IMG/VR virus record: IMGVR_UViG_3300047274_000223
Strand: one strand, 5' to 3'
Length of the DNA: 64,000 bases
From: a virus
Below the pieces are notes generated by a model that was given only the letters and a program-made list of their open reading frames with translations, was not told where the DNA came from and did not search any database. Made by a program: the position numbers and the translations under genes. Shown here piece by piece: positions 56,053 through 64,000 of this stretch (positions are counted from its first letter, which is position 1; every line of letters begins with the position of its first letter).

Positions 56053-56679
56053 ATGTCTCTTTACGATAGAGTAGACTCAAACGCAGCGAAGACTGCAATT
56101 GAAAATCTTCGCAACGCAGTTCCTAACACTGCAACAGAAACAATCGTTTTCGTAGATGGTACAGAAGCATCACTAAACGAAAATGCTTCTCGTGGTATCA
56201 CTGGCCCAGGTTGGTGGTCATATCGCACCTATACTGATGTATCTGGTAAAACTCGTCATAAGGCAGAGCACCTAGTATTCATCAGCAATCCTGAGGCAAA
56301 CGCAGACGAAACTCAGTCTGATGACACTATCGCAGCAGACGTAGCATCGGCAGTAACCATCAGTGGTCAACCAGCAGCATCGACTTCTTCCTCTGGTGCT
56401 GGAACCTTTGCGGTTACTACTTCGACTACAGGAACTCCTGGAGCACTTTCATATCAGTGGCAGCGTCAGACTGCAACCGCAACTACTCGTTGGGTTGACA
56501 TCACTGCATCACTCGATAGTGGAATCACCTATGCAGACTTCACAACTGCAACTCTCGCATACAGCGGTCTTGCAGATGATAACCTAGATGGTTATAAGTA
56601 TCGCGTCAAGATCACTTCTGCTGGTGGTACTGAGGAAGTTATTTCTAATGGTACTGCAACTCTAACATTCGGAGACTGA
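56053..56679 (+). CDS. Virion surface protein with a C-terminal Ig-like domain (head decoration/fibre)
   Basis: VTISGQP...YQWQ...GYKYRVKI Ig-like pattern; late promoter AATAAATA at 56008. Confidence 0.75.
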   Translation: MSLYDRVDSNAAKTAIENLRNAVPNTATETIVFVDGTEASLNENASRGITGPGWWSYRTYTDVSGKTRHKAEHLVFISNPEANADETQSDDTIAADVASAVTISGQPAASTSSSGAGTFAVTTSTTGTPGALSYQWQRQTATATTRWVDITASLDSGITYADFTTATLAYSGLADDNLDGYKYRVKITSAGGTEEVISNGTATLTFGD

Positions 56680-56693
56680 TGAATAGGTAGATT

Positions 56694-57056
56694 ATGCATT
56701 TTGATGAATTAAATGAGGATAATTTTTTGTTATTTGCTATCAAGCATTACGAAAATCCTCAGTCCGTCACATATGAAGACTTTGAGGAGGATCTTAAGAG
56801 ATTTAAATACCTTAAGAGACTCCTGAAAAGATATCAAAAGGGTGGTGAACTGAGAACTCATTTAATTTTAAATCATATTATCATCCTATACAATGTATTT
56901 GGTGAAGCAGCAACTCCACTTATTCTTTATAAACTAGAACCAGAATATTGGTCATCGATTAAAACTTTTTTGATATTTCTCAATCGGTGGCCAATTGGTC
57001 TGTTAGAACAAATTGAGATTGATATAGAAATTGACATTATACTTCAGGACCTATGA
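56694..57056 (+). CDS. Conserved T4-like phage hypothetical protein
   Basis: FAIKHYENP, EEDLKRFKYLKRLL and LILNHIIILYNVFG motifs. Confidence 0.85.
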   Translation: MHFDELNEDNFLLFAIKHYENPQSVTYEDFEEDLKRFKYLKRLLKRYQKGGELRTHLILNHIIILYNVFGEAATPLILYKLEPEYWSSIKTFLIFLNRWPIGLLEQIEIDIEIDIILQDL

Positions 57057-57592
57057 AAGAAGAAACTAATATATCTGCTGGAACCCCACCTACGAATTCT
57101 GTTGGTACTGGGGTTGAAACGTCTTTACCTCCTGCAGTAGAACCTCCTGGTATTCCTAGGGGATCTAAAGTAATTAAGAGGAAGAAGAGGAAAAAGATAT
57201 ATGAAGCAGCAATGGTTTATGCTTTTAGAGTAACAATTGCCGATCTTGGGGATATTGTCATCTATGCTAAAACCGAAACACAAGTTAGAACAAAACTTAG
57301 AGATTATCTTCGCAACTCAGGACAAATTATAAATATTCAAAGAATCTTTGCCACTGATGTTATAGATTTTTATACTCAGAAAAGAGCAAAGGCGATGAAA
57401 AGATTACCAGATGTGGTGTTAGAACAAATGGAACAAGATAAGGAACAAGCTAAAGACCAGCAGCAAGTAGCAAAACAAAATGCTACGCAAAGACTTGCGT
57501 TAGTAAAGAAGCAAGCAGCACAAAATTTAGCTCTTAAGAAGAAAGAACTGCAGAAGTCTGCCGCTACTGGCACAACTCCCCCAGCAATGTGA
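57053..57592 (+). CDS. Conserved hypothetical protein
   Basis: PTNSVGTG N-terminus; Q/K/A-rich coiled C-terminus. Confidence 0.75.
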   Translation: MKEETNISAGTPPTNSVGTGVETSLPPAVEPPGIPRGSKVIKRKKRKKIYEAAMVYAFRVTIADLGDIVIYAKTETQVRTKLRDYLRNSGQIINIQRIFATDVIDFYTQKRAKAMKRLPDVVLEQMEQDKEQAKDQQQVAKQNATQRLALVKKQAAQNLALKKKELQKSAATGTTPPAM

Positions 57593-57600
57593 GGTGAGAA

Positions 57601-58029
57601 ATGGCATTTGGTCTCCAGAAGTTAGCGGTCCTTGAAAGCAAACTCGATATTTATGAAGACCTATCAAAAGAAATGCTTGATAAACTTGAGCGAGCAGTTG
57701 CTACGATTAGTGAAAACAGCAATAGAGTTGCTGTCATTCTAGAGCGTCATGAAAATCGCTTAAATGAAAGTGATAAGAATGACCAACTCATCATTAAAAT
57801 GCTAGAAGATGTGAAGACTGCTAATACTAAAGAGCATAAAGCAGTAATTGACAGACTTGATAAACTAGAAACAAGGGTAAACGACCTTGCTACCTTTCGC
57901 TGGATCGCCACTGGCATCGGCACTGCTGCTGTGATCGTCATTGGATCTGCAACATTCTTTGGCAATCTCTTGACAGTCGGTAGGACCCCTGGTAATATAG
58001 GTGGAGCGATCCCATCCCAATCTAGATGA
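57601..58029 (+). CDS. Coiled-coil protein with a C-terminal TM anchor
   Basis: LAVLESKL...ILERHENRL heptads; FRWIATGIGTAAVIVIG TM segment. Confidence 0.8.
   Translation: MAFGLQKLAVLESKLDIYEDLSKEMLDKLERAVATISENSNRVAVILERHENRLNESDKNDQLIIKMLEDVKTANTKEHKAVIDRLDKLETRVNDLATFRWIATGIGTAAVIVIGSATFFGNLLTVGRTPGNIGGAIPSQSR
57970..57998 (+). promoter_or_regulatory. Sigma70-type promoter for primase-nrdAB
   Basis: TTGACA-N17-TAATAT. Confidence 0.75.
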
Positions 58030-59021
58030 GTTACATTGACATTGAATATGTGAATCTGGTTTCATCCAGACTGGATAAATTCTCACGTAAAAAAGATAAT
58101 CTATATAACTTTCGATGCCCCTATTGTGGTGACTCTCAAAAGAAGCAGTCAAAGACACGGGGGTATTTGTATCTGAAAAAGAACGACATCCTGTTTAAGT
58201 GTCATAACTGTGGAGTTGGAAGGACTCTTGCAAACTTCTTAAAGGACAATGCAAACGATTTATATGACGAATACGTACTAGCAAGATACAAAGAGGGCCT
58301 GACTGGAAAGGCAACAAACACCCCCAACCCAAAACTAGAATTCGAGAAACCGAAATTCCAAAGTAATAAGAAAGGTGTGGTTCCTATTTCCATTCTTGAT
58401 GAGGTACATCCCGCAAAAAAGTATCTACTGGATCGAAAGATCCCCAAAGATAAACTAAATAAACTTTACTACTGCCCCAAATATAAAGCGTGGGTAAATT
58501 CTCAAAAGGAAACATTCAATAACATAGACGACGATCATGGTCGTATTATTATTCCACTGATTTCTAACGGTCAGTGGTTTGGTTTTCAAGGCCGATCCTT
58601 GACAAACAACACCCAATTAAGGTATATTACTACCATACTAGACGACTCTCATCCTAAGATCTATAATCTTGATGGAGTAGACTACACCAAAAATGTCTTT
58701 ATTACCGAAGGTCCTATTGACAGTCTGTTCTTAACTAATGCTATTGCTATGGTTGGTGCCGACGTAGATTGGGAATTCCTTTCCAGCAAAACTAATTTCG
58801 TATTTGTTTACGATAATGAACCACGAAATCCTCAGATTGTTGCTAGGATGCAAAAGGTAATAGATAGAAAACTACCAATCGTTCTCTTCCCATCAGATAT
58901 TCATGAAAAGGATCTAAACGATATGGTTCTTGCTGGACATGATGTTCAGCAAATCGTAGAGTCAAACATCTACGAAGGTCTAGAAGCACAACTTAAATTT
59001 AACACTTGGAAAAAAGTATGA
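58026..59021 (+). CDS. gp61: DNA primase gp61
   Basis: FRCPYCGDS...KCHNCG zinc finger; TOPRIM motifs ITEGPIDS and YDNEPRN. Confidence 0.97.
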   Translation: MSYIDIEYVNLVSSRLDKFSRKKDNLYNFRCPYCGDSQKKQSKTRGYLYLKKNDILFKCHNCGVGRTLANFLKDNANDLYDEYVLARYKEGLTGKATNTPNPKLEFEKPKFQSNKKGVVPISILDEVHPAKKYLLDRKIPKDKLNKLYYCPKYKAWVNSQKETFNNIDDDHGRIIIPLISNGQWFGFQGRSLTNNTQLRYITTILDDSHPKIYNLDGVDYTKNVFITEGPIDSLFLTNAIAMVGADVDWEFLSSKTNFVFVYDNEPRNPQIVARMQKVIDRKLPIVLFPSDIHEKDLNDMVLAGHDVQQIVESNIYEGLEAQLKFNTWKKV

Positions 59022-61321
59022 GCAACGGCATCAAAGTAGAAAAAAGAAATGGTTCAATCGAGTCTATTGACATTGAAAAGATTCATGTCATGGTTGAACA
59101 TGCTTGTGATGGACTGAGTGGTGTGTCTGCTTCACAAGTAGAAATGAACGCAAACATTCAGTTTTATGATGGCATCAAAACTTCCGAAATCCAAGAGATC
59201 TTGGTACGATCAGCTAGTGATCTTATCTCTCTTGATAATCCAAATTATCAGTATGTTGCTGCTCGTCTTCTCCTTTTCGGTCTACGCAAGCATGTCTTTG
59301 GACAGAATTGGAAGGTAGAGTTCCCAAATATTCATGATCATCTTGTCGGTGGAGTTTCCCTAAACATCTATGATGCTGATCTTCTTTGGAAATACTCCAT
59401 GGAAGAGTGGGATAAGATCAACACCTGGATTGATCATGATCGTGACTTTCTGTTTACATATGCTGGATTGAGACAGGTTGTAGATAAATATCTTGTACAA
59501 GATCGCAGTAACAGTCAACTGTTTGAGACTCCTCAATACATGTATATGTTGATTGCTGCTACTTTGTTTGCTACTTATCCCCAAGAAACTCGTCTATCTT
59601 ATGTCAAACGATACTACGACGCAATCAGCAAACACAAAATCAACATTCCCACACCTATCATGGCGGGAGTGCGAACTCCACTTCGACAATTTGCTAGCTG
59701 TGTGCTTGTTGACAGCGATGACACCCTCGATAGTATCTTTACTAGTGATATGGCTATTGGCAGATACGTTGCACAAAGGGCGGGCATCGGTATCAACGCG
59801 GGTCGCATCCGTGGCATCAACAGCAAAATCAGAGGCGGAGAAGTTCAGCACACAGGCGTTGTCCCTTTCCTCAAAAAGTTTGAAGCAACTGTCAGATGCT
59901 GCACTCAAAATGGCATCCGAGGTGGATCAGCGACTGTCCACTTCCCCATCTGGCACCAAGAAATCGAAGACATCCTAGTACTAAAAAATAATAAAGGAAC
60001 CGAAGATAACCGAGTTCGTAAGTTAGACTACAGCATCCAGATCAGCAAACTCTTCTATGAACGATTCATCAAGAACGAGACCATTTCACTCTTCAGTCCA
60101 CATGACGTTCCTCAGCTTAGTGCTAATTTTGGGCTTGATGGATTTGACGATTTATATCTGGCTGCAGAACGAGATCAGTCTATTCCAAGAAAAACTATTG
60201 CTGCTCAAGAACTCCTTCTGGACCTCTTGAAAGAACGTGCAGAGACTGGTCGTTTGTATATTATGAACATTGACCATTGTAACTCACACTCTTCCTTTAA
60301 AGATAAGGTATGGATGAGTAACCTCTGTCAGGAGATTACCCTTCCCACCAAACCACTTCAGCATATCGACGACCCTATGGGTGAGATTGCTCTGTGTATT
60401 TTGTCTGCTATTAACGTAGGTAAGCTTCATAAACTAGATGAACTGGAAGAACTTTGTGATCTTGCTGTTCGTGGATTGGATGAATTGATTGATTATCAAG
60501 AATATCCTGTTCTTGCTGCAGAACTTTCTACTCTTAATCGTCGTTCACTTGGCATTGGTTTTATTGGCCTTGCTCACTATCTTGCTCGTCATGGTGAGCA
60601 CTATGATGATCCTGGTGCATGGAAACTAGTTCATGATCTTACTGAGGCATTCCAATACTATCTCCTGAAGGCATCTAATCAACTTGCTAAAGAGTATGGT
60701 CCTTGTGGATACTTTGATCGTACTAAGTATGCAGATGGAATTCTTCCAATCGATACATACAAGAAGGAGGTTGATGAAATTGTTCCTAACGAATTAAATT
60801 ATGATTGGGATAGTCTCAGGGAGTCTATTAAACAGTTCGGTCTCAGGAACTCAACATTGTCCGCACAAATGCCATCGGAGAGCAGTTCCGTTGTGTCAAA
60901 TGAAACAAACGGAATTGAACCACCTAGAGATTACTTGTCCGTTAAGAAATCGAAGAAGGGTCCGCTTAAGCAAATTGTTCCCCAGTACCAATCACTTAAG
61001 AACAATTACACGCTTCTGTGGGATATGCCTAGCAATACTGGTTATATTAACATTGTTGCAGTTATGCAGAAGTTCTTCGATCAAGCGATTTCTGGAAACT
61101 GGAGTTACAACCCAGAGAATTATGAAAATTCTGAAGTTCCTGTGTCAGTGATGGCAACTGACTTCCTCAATACATATAAGTACGGTTGGAAGACCAGCTA
61201 TTATCAAAATACATATGATGCTAAACGTGATCCCGATGAAGAAGTAAAGCAGAATGTTGACGACTTGGTGAATGATCTGCTACAATCGGATGAAGAGGAT
61301 TGTGATTCCTGCAAAATTTAA
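59018..61321 (+). CDS. nrdA: Ribonucleotide reductase class Ia alpha subunit
   Basis: ATP cone; FASCVL, SNLCQEI, SAQMPSESSS and KTSYY motifs; C-terminal CDSC. Confidence 0.99.
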   Translation: MSNGIKVEKRNGSIESIDIEKIHVMVEHACDGLSGVSASQVEMNANIQFYDGIKTSEIQEILVRSASDLISLDNPNYQYVAARLLLFGLRKHVFGQNWKVEFPNIHDHLVGGVSLNIYDADLLWKYSMEEWDKINTWIDHDRDFLFTYAGLRQVVDKYLVQDRSNSQLFETPQYMYMLIAATLFATYPQETRLSYVKRYYDAISKHKINIPTPIMAGVRTPLRQFASCVLVDSDDTLDSIFTSDMAIGRYVAQRAGIGINAGRIRGINSKIRGGEVQHTGVVPFLKKFEATVRCCTQNGIRGGSATVHFPIWHQEIEDILVLKNNKGTEDNRVRKLDYSIQISKLFYERFIKNETISLFSPHDVPQLSANFGLDGFDDLYLAAERDQSIPRKTIAAQELLLDLLKERAETGRLYIMNIDHCNSHSSFKDKVWMSNLCQEITLPTKPLQHIDDPMGEIALCILSAINVGKLHKLDELEELCDLAVRGLDELIDYQEYPVLAAELSTLNRRSLGIGFIGLAHYLARHGEHYDDPGAWKLVHDLTEAFQYYLLKASNQLAKEYGPCGYFDRTKYADGILPIDTYKKEVDEIVPNELNYDWDSLRESIKQFGLRNSTLSAQMPSESSSVVSNETNGIEPPRDYLSVKKSKKGPLKQIVPQYQSLKNNYTLLWDMPSNTGYINIVAVMQKFFDQAISGNWSYNPENYENSEVPVSVMATDFLNTYKYGWKTSYYQNTYDAKRDPDEEVKQNVDDLVNDLLQSDEEDCDSCKI

Positions 61322-61331
61322 GGAGAAGTAA

Positions 61332-62474
61332 ATGGTAGAAGGTATGACAGTTTTTAACCCAGTTAAAACAGACACTAAAAAACAACCGATGTTCTTCGGT
61401 GCTCCTCTAGGAGTTCAAAGATACGATTCATACAAATACCCAGACTTCGATAAACTTACACAAGCACAATTAGGATACTTCTGGAGACCCGAGGAGGTCT
61501 CCCTTCAGAAGGATCGTGCCGACTATGCCACTCTTCGCCCTGAGCAAAAGCATATCTTTACTTCTAATCTGAAGTACCAGATCCTTTTGGATTCTGTGCA
61601 GGGTCGTGGGCCTGGTATGGCATTTATTCCTTATTGCTCACTTCCTGAGTTAGAAGCATGTATGGAAGTGTGGGGATTTATGGAGATGATTCATTCACGT
61701 TCGTACACTTATATTATTAAGAATGTGTACTCGGATCCTACTGAGGTATTCGATACTATTTTAGATGATGAAAAGATTTTAGAACGTGCTAAGAGTGTAA
61801 CTGCTGCTTATGATGAGTTTATTCAAGCAGCACAACAGTATGGCAATTCAAATGACTGGATTCTTGCTCAAGAAGGTGCAGGAACTTTTAGGGAGCAAAG
61901 GTATGAACTCAAGAGAAAACTATATCGAGCGATTGCTAACGTTAATATCCTCGAAGGAATTCGGTTCTACGTATCGTTTGCCTGCTCTTTCGCTTTTGGT
62001 GAACTTAAACTCATGGAAGGAAGTGCCAAAATCATTTCCCTCATCGCCAGAGACGAATCCCAACATTTAGTTTTGACACAAAAAATCCTAAATAAATGGG
62101 CAGCTGGTGATGATCCAGATATGGTTCGTATTGCTGAGGAAGAGAAAGAAAATATTATTCGGATGTTTAAAGAGACTGTAGAACAAGAAAAGTCTTGGGC
62201 AGAGTATCTGTTTAAAGATGGTTCTATGATTGGTTTGAATACAAAACTTCTTTCGCAATATGTGGAGTGGGTCGCTAATCGTCGCCTAAAATCGATTGGT
62301 CTGAATCCAATCTATGATATTCCAGCAAAAAATAATCCTCTTCCCTGGACTGAGCACTGGTTGAATTCTAAGTCAATGCAGAATGCTCCCCAGGAAACCG
62401 AAATTGAATCATATGTTATCGGAGGAATTAAACAAGACGTAACTAAAAACACATTCGCAGGTTTTCAATTATGA
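61332..62474 (+). CDS. nrdB: Ribonucleotide reductase class Ia beta subunit
   Basis: FWRPEE, EMIHSRSY, LEGIRFY, RDESQH and PQETEIESY motifs. Confidence 0.99.
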   Translation: MVEGMTVFNPVKTDTKKQPMFFGAPLGVQRYDSYKYPDFDKLTQAQLGYFWRPEEVSLQKDRADYATLRPEQKHIFTSNLKYQILLDSVQGRGPGMAFIPYCSLPELEACMEVWGFMEMIHSRSYTYIIKNVYSDPTEVFDTILDDEKILERAKSVTAAYDEFIQAAQQYGNSNDWILAQEGAGTFREQRYELKRKLYRAIANVNILEGIRFYVSFACSFAFGELKLMEGSAKIISLIARDESQHLVLTQKILNKWAAGDDPDMVRIAEEEKENIIRMFKETVEQEKSWAEYLFKDGSMIGLNTKLLSQYVEWVANRRLKSIGLNPIYDIPAKNNPLPWTEHWLNSKSMQNAPQETEIESYVIGGIKQDVTKNTFAGFQL

Positions 62475-63865
62475 CTTTACCAGCATCAGGATTAAAATTA
62501 ATCAAAGAGTTTGAAGGGTGCAGATTAACTGCTTATCCCGATCCTCTTTCTGGAGGTAAACCATATACATGTGGTTGGGGTTCCACTCGTAAGAGGGATG
62601 GATCCCCTTTTTCCTTAGGTGAAACTATCTCTCAGGTAGAGGCTGACTCACTCTTAGAGGAAGAATGCGAAAAGCATTTCCTTCCATCACTCACTAAAGT
62701 TCCATATTGGAACGAGATGTCTCCTGAGCAACAGGGGGCACTTTTGTCGTTTGCATATAACCTAGGAGCAGGATTCGTTGGAGATCGTTCTAACTTCAAC
62801 TCAATCAACACTGCTCTAGAGTCAAAAGCAAACTGGGTCAATGTACCAGCAGCACTCTATAAGTACCGCAACCCAGGATCGTCCGTAGAGGCAGGTCTAG
62901 CACGTCGTAGGACTGCTGAGGGTGATCTATGGAAGAAGGGCATGGCAGGTGGTTCTGCTGCCCCTGCAGCTGCTCCTGCTGCCCCTGCAGCACCAGTACA
63001 GACTGTTCCACCATCCAAGGTTCTTATCAACTTCTTTAAGTTCTATGATGAGAACAACGACAACCATGTTGCAGCAGTAGAACTACTTGAGGCATCGATT
63101 CCTGAGCACCTCAATCAGGATTCACCTTGGGTTGTAACCTATCGTGGTGGTAATGCTACTGGTGGCAAGCCCGATCTACACAAGTTCTTTGAGTTCTTCT
63201 CCGAGAGAAATTCAAATCATCTAACTGCTGTTGCTCAACTAGAAGCAGCAATGAAAGTTACTGATCCAGATTGTCTCGTTGATGACGGCGCTGGTGGTGC
63301 TATTGATTCTGCCTGGATTGAAAAGTATCGTAGCAAACCACCCATTCCACCTGTTCTTCCTGTACCATACTTCAATCAGGTGGACAACTACAGAGACGCA
63401 CATAGAACTTGCAACAGTTCCTCTTGTGCTATGTGTCTAGAGTTCCTCAAGCCTGGTACTCTATCAGGTCCTAAGGGAGACGATGCATATGTTACGAAGG
63501 TATTCCAGATCGGTGATACAACTGATCACGCAGTTCAGACGAAGGTTCTTGCGTCATATGGAGTCAAGTCCCATTTCTCATATAATCTATCCTTTGCTGA
63601 TCTGGATAAGTCCCTTGCTCGTGGTAAGCCCGTGGTTATTGGCATTCTCCACAGGGGTTCTCTTAGTGCTCCTACTGGTGGACACATGTGTGTAGTCATC
63701 GGTAAGAAGGGTGATGGATATGTCGTAAATGATCCATATGGTTCATGTAACGATAACTATACTGGTCCTGTAACCAACGGTAAGGGCACAGTATACAGCA
63801 GAGCAATGCTCAAGGCACGTTGGTGTCCTGGTGGCAATGATGGTTGGGGTCGTATTTTTGATTAA
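62471..63865 (+). CDS. Endolysin: GH24 lysozyme, two helical repeats and a C39-like peptidase
   Basis: KEFEGCRLTAYPD...TCGWGST and GLARRRTAE (GH24); VPYFNQ...CNSSSC, GGHMCVV and VNDPYG (Cys-His-Asp triad). Confidence 0.9.
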   Translation: MTLPASGLKLIKEFEGCRLTAYPDPLSGGKPYTCGWGSTRKRDGSPFSLGETISQVEADSLLEEECEKHFLPSLTKVPYWNEMSPEQQGALLSFAYNLGAGFVGDRSNFNSINTALESKANWVNVPAALYKYRNPGSSVEAGLARRRTAEGDLWKKGMAGGSAAPAAAPAAPAAPVQTVPPSKVLINFFKFYDENNDNHVAAVELLEASIPEHLNQDSPWVVTYRGGNATGGKPDLHKFFEFFSERNSNHLTAVAQLEAAMKVTDPDCLVDDGAGGAIDSAWIEKYRSKPPIPPVLPVPYFNQVDNYRDAHRTCNSSSCAMCLEFLKPGTLSGPKGDDAYVTKVFQIGDTTDHAVQTKVLASYGVKSHFSYNLSFADLDKSLARGKPVVIGILHRGSLSAPTGGHMCVVIGKKGDGYVVNDPYGSCNDNYTGPVTNGKGTVYSRAMLKARWCPGGNDGWGRIFD

Positions 63866-63871
63866 TTTACT

Positions 63872-64000
63872 ATGAAAAACTTTATTTTGGTTACATTATT
63901 ATTTCTACCGTTACCTGCATTTTCCCAGCAGGTAACAGATTTTGATGTTTGTACAAGGAACCGAGAGGTATATGTACCTGGACATTATGATCGCTACGGT
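63872..64000 (+). CDS. Secreted hypothetical protein (3' truncated)
   Basis: MKNFILVTLLFLPLPAFS|QQ signal peptide; open to the window end. Confidence 0.65.
   Translation, partial: MKNFILVTLLFLPLPAFSQQVTDFDVCTRNREVYVPGHYDRYG

Noticed and set aside
11831-62474. Inteins, group I introns or homing endonucleases in gp17, gp41, gp43, nrdA and nrdB
   Set aside because: All ORFs are continuous and of normal length, with no splicing or LAGLIDADG/HNH/GIY-YIG motifs seen.
1-64000. Photosynthesis AMGs (psbA, psbD, hli), integrase, CRISPR array, diversity-generating retroelement
   Set aside because: No supporting motifs in this window. The tail fibre N-terminus resembles Mtd-type N-terminal modules, but no reverse transcriptase or template/variable repeat pair was seen.

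Overview
This window is the core of a T4-like (Kyanoviridae-type) cyanomyophage genome, probably from a freshwater picocyanobacterial host (inferred from the CobS/VWA pair, MazG, Hsp20, 2OG-Fe(II) oxygenases, DUF4278 and a GH24 plus C39 endolysin). In order, the + strand carries: a truncated virion protein, a 1758-aa tail fibre, neck, tail and packaging genes (gp13-gp17), sheath, tube, portal and head genes (gp18-gp23), gp3, uvsY, uvsW, gp55, gp47/gp46, tRNA-Ala(UGC), an early cobT-like/cobS pair, gp45/44/62 and regA. A 3.9-kb minus-strand island follows (37850-41725), then hsp20, gp43, uvsX, gp41, mazG, a late cluster of probable internal head proteins, primase, nrdAB and an endolysin. The most notable element is a putative host-style nitrogen-control cassette in the island. 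It consists of an NtcA-type GTA-N8-TAC box, two tandem glutamine-riboswitch-like units (the second with a 51-aa ORF inside its P2 loop) and a DUF4278 gene. Also notable are T4-like capsid-targeting sequences on a nucleotidyltransferase and on a polyprotein-like protein, a three-gene operon of secreted beta-rich proteins, and a thermometer-like hsp20 leader. All family assignments come from motifs recognised by eye; no database searches were run.
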